Shown in pieces: positions 1 through 8,096 of a stretch of DNA of 64,000 bases. Location: the NCBI GenBank assembly GCA_965370295.1, contig CBDUSO010000004.1, forward strand, positions 3,477 to 67,476, read 5' to 3'. Positions within the stretch are counted from its first letter, which is position 1, and the number at the start of each line of letters is the position of its first letter. Below the pieces are notes generated by a model, which saw nothing but the letters and a program-made list of their open reading frames with translations, ran no database searches and had not been told where the DNA came from. The translations under genes were made by a program, and so were the position numbers. This DNA comes from an uncultured bacterium (lineage in GTDB: Bacteria > Caldisericota > Caldisericia > JAAYUI01).

Positions 1-130
1 TCCCAGGGGTTTATAAAATCGCACTCAAAACAGGAAAACAACAAGTATCCAACCAGTCAAAATCATTGTTTCAGATAAATATTCACACGCCTTGACAGCA
101 CCCTGGATTCCGCATCAAGTGCGGAATGAC
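1..130 (+). repeat. Composite hairpin-bounded intergenic element, copy A (left end cut by window edge)
   Basis: The core tataaaatcgcactcaaaacaggaaaacaacaagtatccaaccagtcaaaatcatt...ttgacagc is followed by the hairpin ccctggattccGCAtcaagTGCggaatgac (101-130). It aligns in the same orientation with 15727-15876 and as a reverse complement with 10228-10379 and 34858-35009. Confidence 0.8.
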
Positions 131-262
131 AAAGGATATGCAAAACTGCTAACTATCAGTTAAGAATTGGATTCGGAATCTCAGTCCTTCAAACACCAAA
201 AATATTCACATCATACAGATTTTGGAGATTTCGTGCTTGACAAAGAATGAGGAAGAGGATGT

Positions 263-2098
263 TTAAAGATTCTCCTCAACAACTCTTGCAATCCCAGCAG
301 AATCCAAACCATATCTCTCCAACAACTCACGGCGTGTGCCAATCGGAGGAATCTCATCCTTCACGCCAATATTAACAACATTTGGAATTCCAAGACGGGC
401 TTTAATTCTCTGACCAATTCCGCCAGAAATTATGCCGTCTTCAACTGTAACTATCAAAGATTTGCCCTTGCTTGAAAATTCGATTGCTTCCCAGTCAAGG
501 GGCTTTGCAAATCTTAGATTCAAAATCTCGCACTCAATTCCCAGCTGGGAAAGTAGCAGAGAAGCCGCGTGAACCTGGTTGCTCAAGGCTCCGATATAGG
601 TTATCAAAACTGAATCCCCGTCTCGCTCTTTTCGAGCTTTTCCAAGCAGAACATTTTCAGGGTTTTCGGTTTCATTTGTCTGGTCTTTTGGGTAGCGGAT
701 GGCACAGGGTGAGTTCATGGAGAGTGCCAGTTTCAGCATCTCATCAAGTTCACCGGAGCTTGCAGGTGCCATGATTGTCATTCCTGGAATCATGGACAGA
801 TATGCCAGATCAAAAATTCCTTGGTGTGTCGGACCATCAGCAGGCACGACCCCAGCACGGTCAATCGCAAACACAACCGGTTGATTCATAAGGATTACAT
901 CATGGATTATCTGGTCAAAAGAACGCTGAAGAAATGTGCTGTAGAGTGAGACGATTGGTTTCATCCCGGCTTTTGCAAGACCGGTTGCCATTGAGACTGT
1001 GTGTTGCTCAGCGATTCCGACATCCAAAACCCTGTCCGGGAATTCTTTTTTTACGGAGGCAAGTCCAGAACCTTCAATCATTGCGGAACTTATGACAACA
1101 ATTTTTTCATCCCGCTTCATCAACTCTGTCAGACTTTTGCCAAAAACTGAAGAATAACTCTGACTGCTCTTTGCACGGTTTCCGTTTGCGGTTTCAAAGG
1201 GTGGGGTTCCGTGGAATTCTGTTGGACCATCCTCAGCATATTTGTAACCCTTACCTTTTTTGGTGAGGACATGCAAGAGGATTGGACCTTCCATCTTTTT
1301 TATTTTTTTCAGGAATGCAACCACTAGGCTGATGTTGTGTCCGTCGATTGGACCAAAATATCTGAATCCAAGCTGCTCAAAATATTGGCTTTTCAAAAGA
1401 ATATTTTTGAATGCAGACTTTATTCTCATTCCAGTGCCAATTATCCATTCGCCGAACCTGCCAAGTTTTGAGAGGAATGTTCCAAGAGAGCGACTTATCC
1501 CTCGGTATGTCAGCGATGCACGGAATTTATTTGTGAGCAGGGACAGAGCACCAACAGACGGAGAGATGGACATCTGGTTATCATTCAAGATGACGATAAT
1601 ATTTTCACCAAGGGAGCCAAGATGGTTGAGGGCTTCAAAGCTTTCGCCACCCGTCAGGCTTCCATCACCGACAATTCCGATGACATGATGGCTCTCACCC
1701 TTCAATTTCCTGGCAAGAATTTCACCCGTTGCAAGCGACAGGGCGGTTGAGGCATGACCGGTGTGATAGTGGTCGTGAGGGGATTCTGTGGGGTGTGGGT
1801 ATCCAGACATCCCACCAGATTTTCGGAGTGTGTCAAACATGTTCAATCTTCCCGTCAGCAACTTGTGGGGATAGCACTGGTGTCCGACATCAAAAATAAT
1901 CTTGTCAACAGGCGAGTCAAAAACCTTGTGGATGGCGATTGTAAGCTCGGTTATTCCAAGGTTTGATGCAAGGTGTCCACCATTTTCCGAGACGGTTTTT
2001 ATGATTTGTTCCCGAATCTCAGAGGCAAGGGAATCCAGCTCTCCATTTTTCAGGTTCTTAAGTTCCCGCGGTGATTCAAGTTTTTCGAGTCGACTCAT
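263..2098 (-). CDS. dxs: 1-deoxy-D-xylulose-5-phosphate synthase
   Basis: The 611-aa ORF carries the N-terminal GHQCYPHKLLTGR block, the ThDP-binding GDGSLTGG motif and transketolase-like middle and C-terminal regions. The ATG at 2096-2098 was verified. Confidence 0.96.
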   Translation of the reverse strand: MSRLEKLESPRELKNLKNGELDSLASEIREQIIKTVSENGGHLASNLGITELTIAIHKVFDSPVDKIIFDVGHQCYPHKLLTGRLNMFDTLRKSGGMSGYPHPTESPHDHYHTGHASTALSLATGEILARKLKGESHHVIGIVGDGSLTGGESFEALNHLGSLGENIIVILNDNQMSISPSVGALSLLTNKFRASLTYRGISRSLGTFLSKLGRFGEWIIGTGMRIKSAFKNILLKSQYFEQLGFRYFGPIDGHNISLVVAFLKKIKKMEGPILLHVLTKKGKGYKYAEDGPTEFHGTPPFETANGNRAKSSQSYSSVFGKSLTELMKRDEKIVVISSAMIEGSGLASVKKEFPDRVLDVGIAEQHTVSMATGLAKAGMKPIVSLYSTFLQRSFDQIIHDVILMNQPVVFAIDRAGVVPADGPTHQGIFDLAYLSMIPGMTIMAPASSGELDEMLKLALSMNSPCAIRYPKDQTNETENPENVLLGKARKERDGDSVLITYIGALSNQVHAASLLLSQLGIECEILNLRFAKPLDWEAIEFSSKGKSLIVTVEDGIISGGIGQRIKARLGIPNVVNIGVKDEIPPIGTRRELLERYGLDSAGIARVVEENL

Positions 2099-2195
2099 AT
2101 CAGCAAAGAATTATAATCCAAACAAATATTTTTCAAGGTTGCCTGGAATTTTTGTGTGGACGATTGTGGGATATTGATTTGAAGCGGTAGAACAT

Positions 2196-2240
2196 CATTG
2201 ACAAATATATTCAAGACTAACTGGAATATATTTGTCAATG
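2196..2240. promoter_or_regulatory. Perfect 17-bp inverted repeat (11-bp spacer) in the divergent dxs / CoA-binding-protein promoter region, with a TATAAT at 2244-2249
   Basis: cattgacaaatatattc (2196-2212) pairs perfectly with gaatatatttgtcaatg (2224-2240). Each arm contains TTGACA on one strand. A TATAAT lies 7 nt before the ATG at 2257. Confidence 0.5.
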
Positions 2241-2256
2241 CCCTATAATTTGACTC

Positions 2257-2664
2257 ATGAAAAACATGAAAGAAATTCTGGACACATCAAAAGTGATTGC
2301 CGTTTATGGAGCATCCATCAAGCCCGAACGCAGTAGCTGCCGAATCGCAAAATATTTGATGGCTAAGGGTTACACGGTTTACCCGGTGAACAAGATGTAT
2401 GCTGGACAAAAGCTGGCTGGAAAAGAGATTCTTGCGACAATTTCCGATGTTCCAGAAAAAATTGATATTCTGGATGTTTTCAGAAAGTCCGTTTTTCTGC
2501 CGGAAATTCTCCCGGAAACACTAAGAGTAAAACCAAAAACCGTCTGGCTTCAGCTTGAAATCAGAAATGAGGATGTTGAAAAACAGTTGAAAGACGCTGG
2601 AATTGAAGTGATAACAGACCACTGCATCTATACTGTTCACTCAGGGAAACCAGGAGAAATATAA
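2257..2664 (+). CDS. CoA-binding domain protein (YccU/YneT-like)
   Basis: The 135-aa ORF reads VIAVYGASIKPERSSCRIAKYLMAKGYTVYPVN near the N-terminus, which is typical of the CoA_binding_2 Rossmann fold. Confidence 0.75.
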   Translation: MKNMKEILDTSKVIAVYGASIKPERSSCRIAKYLMAKGYTVYPVNKMYAGQKLAGKEILATISDVPEKIDILDVFRKSVFLPEILPETLRVKPKTVWLQLEIRNEDVEKQLKDAGIEVITDHCIYTVHSGKPGEI

Positions 2665-2668
2665 TTCC

Positions 2669-3085
2669 ATGGAGAAAAAATTTGTTGGCTCTGATTCAAA
2701 CTGTTTTGCCTGTGGTGAAAATAACAAAGATGGGTTGCACCTGAAGTTTGCAAAGCTTGAGGATTCTGTCGAGGCATTTTTTGTGCCTGACAAAAAATAT
2801 GAGGGGTGGGATGATATAATCCACGGTGGAATTGTTTCCACGCTTCTTGACGAGGCAATGTCCCATGCCATCTTCAAATTCATGGATGTAACCGTGGTGA
2901 CAGCAGAGATGACTGTGAGATTTATTCGACCCTTGAGGGTTGGCAGAAATATTCGAATCACTGGGAAAATTGAAGCGGACAAGGGAAGAATTCTTGAGAC
3001 CGTTGCTACGATTTATGATCTCGATGACGGGGATAAAGTTGTCGCAAAGAGTACTGGGAGATTTGTGCGGGTGGAACTGGATTAG
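2669..3085 (+). CDS. Hotdog-fold acyl-CoA thioesterase (PaaI/YbgC-like)
   Basis: The 138-aa ORF carries the HGGIVSTLLDEAMSHA motif. It starts 5 nt after the previous stop, so the two genes are probably an operon. Confidence 0.8.
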   Translation: MEKKFVGSDSNCFACGENNKDGLHLKFAKLEDSVEAFFVPDKKYEGWDDIIHGGIVSTLLDEAMSHAIFKFMDVTVVTAEMTVRFIRPLRVGRNIRITGKIEADKGRILETVATIYDLDDGDKVVAKSTGRFVRVELD

Positions 3086-3114
3086 ATATTCAAGTCGTCA
3101 TTCCCATCCCTTTC

Positions 3115-6100
3115 TCACTTATACGGTAGCTTCGATAATTCCCGCACGAGTTTGACTGTTTTCAGAGACACTGTTACAATCTTTCCAATCAATTCAAAGA
3201 TATACTTTTCATTACCATCAAAGTTGTTTGGGTCTTGGGTGATGCCTGAGCGTTTGTCTGTTTTCACTCGGTATTGGTCTATTATCCATTCAAGTGCTGA
3301 GCGGTTTCCAAGTTTGTATTCAAATACTTCTTCTGGAATACCTTTTAATGTGATTGCATCGTTGTAGATAAGGTCTGTTTTGTCTTTGTTCAGCTTCATC
3401 TTTTCAACTCTGAACTTGGCAGATGGGAAAATATCTTTGTCAACTATTTCATCAAGCTCATAAATATCAGCATCTTCATAATTCAAATGAATATCTGCAA
3501 GTTTTTTACCAATCTTGCTAAACTTCCGGAAGTCTGGAGCAAACGGAATACGAGGTAGCGACCTTTTCAGATTTTCTTTGAAGTCTTCACGGTAGTCAGG
3601 ATGGTGGAGCATCGCATAGATATAGTAGAATATATCCCATTTGGTGATGGGTTTTCCAGCTGAAGTCTGCAACCCCCCAGATTTTCCTGTAGAAAATCTG
3701 ACCCCCTTGACAGGGGGTTCTTTAAGCCCCCTTTTTGAAGGGGGGATGTCCTGTGCAACAGGACTGGGGGGTTGTTGGTTTTTGTAATGATCTTGATACT
3801 TCACAAGAGTTTTGTCTGTGATATTCTCTTTTCTTCCTGTACCATCTTCGTTGTAGGTGTAGAATGGGAAAGATTGTGTTGGTCTTCCCCCAACATCTAA
3901 ACTTGGGATTATTTTGGATATTTGTGTTGAAAATGGAACCTGCGAATGATTGGTTACGCACAGTATTTTATTTTCTTTTTCAGATTCTGGTGTTGGGAAA
4001 ATATGATGTTGTTGGTAACGTCTTTGGTTTAAGAAATGGTCAAAGTATAAATATGATTCACAGAATGGTCTATATTTTGATTTTCTAATCTTGATACTAT
4101 CAAATTTTGTATATTTCTCATTCAAACAATGTTGTTTCAGTGAACTATTCCACTTTATCTTTCTTTCATCGTAAGTAACAAAATCATCGATGTTGATGCT
4201 ATCCTTCTTTTCCCTGTTCAAATATTCTGTTAGCCTATTTACTTCTGAGTTGTATGTACTAACAAATGATTCAACATTTTTAGCTAGTTCTTGTTTGTTG
4301 AAACTGTATACCCACTGGTCTCTACTTGTTGCAACACCTAAACTGAACATATTAAAAATCGTATCGCAATCTTCCTTGCCTTTCTGTTTTTTGTCTCCCA
4401 TCAAAAGATATTCTTCAAAATCGTCTGCCATCCCTTCGGTCAACCAGAGATGATTTTTATTTGGTGTGAGTTTTTTCCAATCAATTCCTTCTATGTTTGA
4501 TTTTTCTGTCAGAAACTCATATTTCTGTTCTTTTTTCCAGAATGTGTCAACGTCTGCAAAATTGAGTTCAAAGTCCTTGTTTCCATCCTTTTTCTTGATA
4601 AAAATATTAACTGAAACACCAACTTGAATCCCAAAAACATTGTGTGTTGTACCTGACAGCTTTGGGTTTTTCCTAACATTCCCACCAAGGTCTAGAACAT
4701 AAACCTTATCAAAGTCATTACTCAGATGTTTCCTCACTCCGTCAAAAGCGTATTGGTCAATAAACCCATTATTTGTGATCATGGCAACCACACCTTCGTC
4801 ACCAATGCGTTGTGATGCCCATTTGATGGCTTTTACATAAGGATCAGCAAGGTTTTTTGTATTTGTTGCCTTTGAATCTTTGCTGTATGTATCACTGATT
4901 GCTTGTTCCAGTTTCTTGTATTTCCTATTTTTGTTGTTATCCATCTCATTTGATTGATTTGAGTTATATGGAGGATTACTTATCACAACAAAGATTTCTT
5001 TCTCCCTCTGACTCCTTACTCTTTCTGAATTCTCCTCATTCATGTATTTGTTCAAAAGCTTTGGAATATTTTTTTCTTCCTTTTGTTTAGCTTCATCTTC
5101 AAACATTTGGAATGTATCTGCAAAGCATATTCCTGGGAATTCTTTTCTTTCACCCATGGCTTCAAAGTAGGCATGCTCGATGTTCATGTTTGCAATGTAG
5201 TATGGCATGAGCTGGATTTCATTGCAGTGGAGTTCACTCTCGTATTTCTGTTCCAGTTTTGTTGGGCTGATTTTGTCTATCACATTTACAATGAAGTTTC
5301 CAGTTCCCACAAAAGGGTCAATGATATGGACATTCTTGCTACCTAACCCGTGTTTTTTACCAAACTCACGTTTTAGAATTTCATCAACAGAATTCACCAT
5401 GAAATCAACCACGGATTGAGGAGTGTAAACAATACCCAGCCTGTCTGCAGATTTTATTGCCCAGCCCTGGAAAAACCTTTCAAAGATGTCATTTAGGAAA
5501 ACTTGTTTTGTTTTGAAGTCTTCCAGCTTGTCAGCGGCTTTTATTATTGCATCATAGAAATGGTCAAGAGTACCAAGGAAATCCACTCTGTTGAAATATT
5601 TTGAGGTCATCGAAGAGATGACTTTGTCGAGTTGACCTGCAACAGCATTATCTTGAGTAAACCTTTTCAAATCAAAGATGCTTTCAAGGATTCGCTCTGT
5701 CAGGAGGTGCTGAACTATCATCTCTTTGATTGCATCTTTATTGATGTTTGGGTTGATTGATGATTTGCAAAGGTTGTAGAATTTATCAAACTCTCCTACA
5801 AAGTTTTTGTTTTTCTTTTCTGATTCTTCAATTTTTTCAAGAAGACCTTTTGCAAGGATTGGCATTTGCTCATCAAAAGTTTTGATGGCTTCATTCCATG
5901 ACCCTCTGTCAAAGTGTTCATAGTTGAAAAAATTATTCAATATTGATACCAGATTGCCTTGGTTGTCTCTGATACTTTCATCTCTGACAATTTTTTTGTT
6001 TTGGATGAGCACAATTCTTTTGGGTTGCCAGAAAAGGATATTGAATCTTGGATAGCTCTTTTCGTTGAGTTTTATTTTTATCTCATCATCGAGAGTGTCA

Positions 6101-6423
6101 TCATCATCTTTTGATTCCATGTATCCCATTGCAAGAATGCCCGCTGGTTCAAGGAAGGTGCCATCTGGAATATTGCCATTTGGAAGAGCTTTTTTATTAA
6201 CAAGTTTCCAGCCCACTACTCTGGAGCAATGGTTTAGGAGCGTTATAAAATGAGGCTCAACCGCACTCTCTGGAGGGTTGCCTTTGTTATGAGTTTTGAA
6301 ATAAATGTCACATTCTTCTTTGATTTGCTCGAAGTACTTTTTTACTGCTTTGTCATCCGCTTCTAAGTTTAGATTGCTCAATTTGTATGTCCCCTGTTCT
6401 GGTGCATCTTGCTGGGGAGACAT
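3115..6423 (-). CDS. Single-polypeptide restriction-modification enzyme (Type IIG / Type ISP-like): PD-(D/E)xK-like N-terminus, gamma-class N6-adenine methyltransferase and C-terminal specificity domain
   Basis: The 1102-aa ORF has a nuclease-like motif IPDG...GYMESKD. Methyltransferase motif I (IIDPFVGTGNF) precedes motif IV (ISNPPYNS). The C-terminal block KWDIFYYIYAMLHHPDYREDFKENLKRSLPRIPF resembles the Type ISP C-terminal specificity domain. No helicase domain and no partner gene were seen. Confidence 0.85.
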   Translation of the reverse strand: MSPQQDAPEQGTYKLSNLNLEADDKAVKKYFEQIKEECDIYFKTHNKGNPPESAVEPHFITLLNHCSRVVGWKLVNKKALPNGNIPDGTFLEPAGILAMGYMESKDDDDTLDDEIKIKLNEKSYPRFNILFWQPKRIVLIQNKKIVRDESIRDNQGNLVSILNNFFNYEHFDRGSWNEAIKTFDEQMPILAKGLLEKIEESEKKNKNFVGEFDKFYNLCKSSINPNINKDAIKEMIVQHLLTERILESIFDLKRFTQDNAVAGQLDKVISSMTSKYFNRVDFLGTLDHFYDAIIKAADKLEDFKTKQVFLNDIFERFFQGWAIKSADRLGIVYTPQSVVDFMVNSVDEILKREFGKKHGLGSKNVHIIDPFVGTGNFIVNVIDKISPTKLEQKYESELHCNEIQLMPYYIANMNIEHAYFEAMGERKEFPGICFADTFQMFEDEAKQKEEKNIPKLLNKYMNEENSERVRSQREKEIFVVISNPPYNSNQSNEMDNNKNRKYKKLEQAISDTYSKDSKATNTKNLADPYVKAIKWASQRIGDEGVVAMITNNGFIDQYAFDGVRKHLSNDFDKVYVLDLGGNVRKNPKLSGTTHNVFGIQVGVSVNIFIKKKDGNKDFELNFADVDTFWKKEQKYEFLTEKSNIEGIDWKKLTPNKNHLWLTEGMADDFEEYLLMGDKKQKGKEDCDTIFNMFSLGVATSRDQWVYSFNKQELAKNVESFVSTYNSEVNRLTEYLNREKKDSINIDDFVTYDERKIKWNSSLKQHCLNEKYTKFDSIKIRKSKYRPFCESYLYFDHFLNQRRYQQHHIFPTPESEKENKILCVTNHSQVPFSTQISKIIPSLDVGGRPTQSFPFYTYNEDGTGRKENITDKTLVKYQDHYKNQQPPSPVAQDIPPSKRGLKEPPVKGVRFSTGKSGGLQTSAGKPITKWDIFYYIYAMLHHPDYREDFKENLKRSLPRIPFAPDFRKFSKIGKKLADIHLNYEDADIYELDEIVDKDIFPSAKFRVEKMKLNKDKTDLIYNDAITLKGIPEEVFEYKLGNRSALEWIIDQYRVKTDKRSGITQDPNNFDGNEKYIFELIGKIVTVSLKTVKLVRELSKLPYK
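3670..3774. mobile_element. 105-bp palindromic element inserted in frame in the methylase CDS (RPE-like)
   Basis: It is bounded by 11-bp terminal inverted repeats, caaccccccag (3670-3680) and ctggggggttg (3764-3774). Inside are four consecutive short hairpins. Its length is exactly 35 codons with no stop. A partial second copy lies at 35154-35206. Confidence 0.7.
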
Positions 6424-6535
6424 TGTATGCCAAAGCTGGTTTGTGGTCGAGAAAATTATTTTTCTTTACACCAAAACTTTGTTGTGGTTGCCTTCTGAAA
6501 ACATTTATTGTTAATTTTGATAAATAAAATAAAAC

Positions 6536-7033
6536 CTACTCCGTATCAACCACCACAATTGCCGGAAAATCCACAACCTCTAGCCTGTAAACAGCTTCCG
6601 GTCCAAGATGAGCAAACGCCACAACCTCTGCAGAAACAACCTTTGTGGCAAGCAAAGCACCAATCCCGCCAAGTGCAGAGAGATAGATGGCACCGTGTTT
6701 TTTGAAAGTTCTGGTGGTTTCTTCTGTGCGAGGACCTTTGCCAATTGCGATTGCCACACCCAACTGCAACATTCCCTCGGTATAAACGTCCATTCGGCTT
6801 GAAGTGGTTGGGCCAATCGAGCCAATCGGTCTGCCGGGAGGAGCGGGAGCAGGGCCTGCATAGTAGATGATTTTGTTATTCAAATCAAAAGGAATTTCAT
6901 TGTCTTCCACGATGAGTTTGTGAGCAGAATCCCGTGCGGTGAACATCTCGCCAGAAATTAAAACCAGGTCACCATTTTTCAGTTCCTTCAATTTTTTCCG
7001 GTCGACAGGAGTTGTGATTTTTACAGTTCTCAT
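6536..7033 (-). CDS. Class-I (Fe-S) fumarate hydratase / L(+)-tartrate dehydratase, beta subunit
   Basis: The protein starts MRTVKITTPV... and contains GPTTSSRMD and AIGKGPR motifs. The start was moved to the ATG at 7033, which has a GGAGG RBS. It overlaps the alpha-subunit stop as ATGA. Confidence 0.88.
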   Translation of the reverse strand: MRTVKITTPVDRKKLKELKNGDLVLISGEMFTARDSAHKLIVEDNEIPFDLNNKIIYYAGPAPAPPGRPIGSIGPTTSSRMDVYTEGMLQLGVAIAIGKGPRTEETTRTFKKHGAIYLSALGGIGALLATKVVSAEVVAFAHLGPEAVYRLEVVDFPAIVVVDTE

Positions 7034-7857
7034 AAAATTCCTCCTGCATGCCTTGCTGCGTGGCACTGAATATTTACGGCAACCGGGAGGGTCGCAATGT
7101 GGCAGGAATGGCTGAGAACATGGGTGGCAAGCACCGTGTTTGACCCGCCAAATCCACCAACACCAATTCCAAGTTTGTTGCATCTTTCCGTGATTTCAAT
7201 TTCAAGATCAGCAAATTCATCGCTTGGATTTTCTTCAAGCAGTGCAAACTTTGCGAGCCTTGCGACATGTTCGATTGTTCCACCAAGACCAACTCCGAGC
7301 GTGAGAGGCGGGCAAGCGGAAGCCCCCTTGAGACGGACTGACTCCACCACAAAATTTATGATGCCCTCTCTGCCGTCTGCGGGTGTCAGCATCGCGACTC
7401 TGCTGGCATTTTCCGAACCGCCACCCTTTGGTGCGATGATTATTTTAACATTCTCACCTGCCACAATTTCTGTGTGGATGATTGCTTTTGTGTTGTCTCC
7501 AGTGTTTCTTCTGTCGAGTGCTGAGACCAGCATTGAAGCTCGAAGATAGCCCTGCTCATAACCCCTGGCTACCCCTTCATTTATGGCAGATTCCAGGTCA
7601 AAATCCAGGTAACATTCCCTTCCAATTTTCAAAAAAACCACAGCCATCCCACAATCCTGGCAGATTGGCAATTTGGACTCCAGGGATAATTCTGCATTTT
7701 CTAAAATCTGTGAGAGTAGTTCTTTTCCCAACTTAGTAACTTCAGTTTCCTGAGCTTTTTTCAAAAGTTCAAGCTGATATTTTGGGAGTATGCGATTTGA
7801 TTTGATGCAGAGCGTTGCAACCAGTTCCACTAATTTTTCTCTATCTATATTTCTCAT
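7030..7857 (-). CDS. Class-I (Fe-S) fumarate hydratase / L(+)-tartrate dehydratase, alpha subunit
   Basis: The protein starts MRNIDREKLVEL... and contains CQDCGM, APKGGGSEN and ASACPP motifs typical of the Fe-S hydro-lyase alpha region. The ORF-track N-terminal extension runs into a repeat element and was trimmed. Confidence 0.88.
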   Translation of the reverse strand: MRNIDREKLVELVATLCIKSNRILPKYQLELLKKAQETEVTKLGKELLSQILENAELSLESKLPICQDCGMAVVFLKIGRECYLDFDLESAINEGVARGYEQGYLRASMLVSALDRRNTGDNTKAIIHTEIVAGENVKIIIAPKGGGSENASRVAMLTPADGREGIINFVVESVRLKGASACPPLTLGVGLGGTIEHVARLAKFALLEENPSDEFADLEIEITERCNKLGIGVGGFGGSNTVLATHVLSHSCHIATLPVAVNIQCHAARHAGGIL

Positions 7858-7984
7858 CCGACCTCTGTTATTTCTGAGTTTTTTCCAGTGTCTGCATTTT
7901 AAGATGTTTGGGTGGAAAAGCAAATAATCTATTCCCCCAGTTTCCCGTGTTATAATCCCTTTGAAAAGGGGGATCAAAAGTATT

Positions 7985-8080
7985 GTCATTCCGCACTTGA
8001 TGCGGAATCCAGGGTACTGTCAAAGCGTGTGGATACTTGGAAGAAACAGCTGTTTGTCAGGTTGATTGTTGGTGTTATCC
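7985..8080 (-). repeat. Composite hairpin-bounded element, copy B (partial, distal end missing)
   Basis: The hairpin gtcattccGCActtgaTGCggaatccagggt is followed by ctgtcaaagcgtgtggata...gttgattgttggtgttatcc, which aligns with the reverse complement of 1-130. Confidence 0.65.
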
Positions 8081-8096
8081 GACCTTCCCGTTTTTA

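Noticed and set aside
3670-3774. Whether the 105-bp insert in the methylase gene could be an intein, an intron or a programmed frameshift site.
   Set aside because: It is far too short for an intein or a group I/II intron. It has no splice-site or intein motifs and keeps the frame open. A partial copy exists in non-coding DNA, so a repeat insertion explains it best.
7858-7989. N-terminal extensions of several ORF-track proteins: 7030..7989, 6536..7183, 8097..10145, 23063..24193, 31622..33334, 35234..36124, 36318..38042 and 47551..58443.
   Set aside because: The extensions run through repeat elements or lack an RBS. Internal ATGs preceded by GGAGG-type RBSs give canonical N-termini, namely signal peptides, lipoboxes or homologous starts. 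The shorter coordinates were reported.
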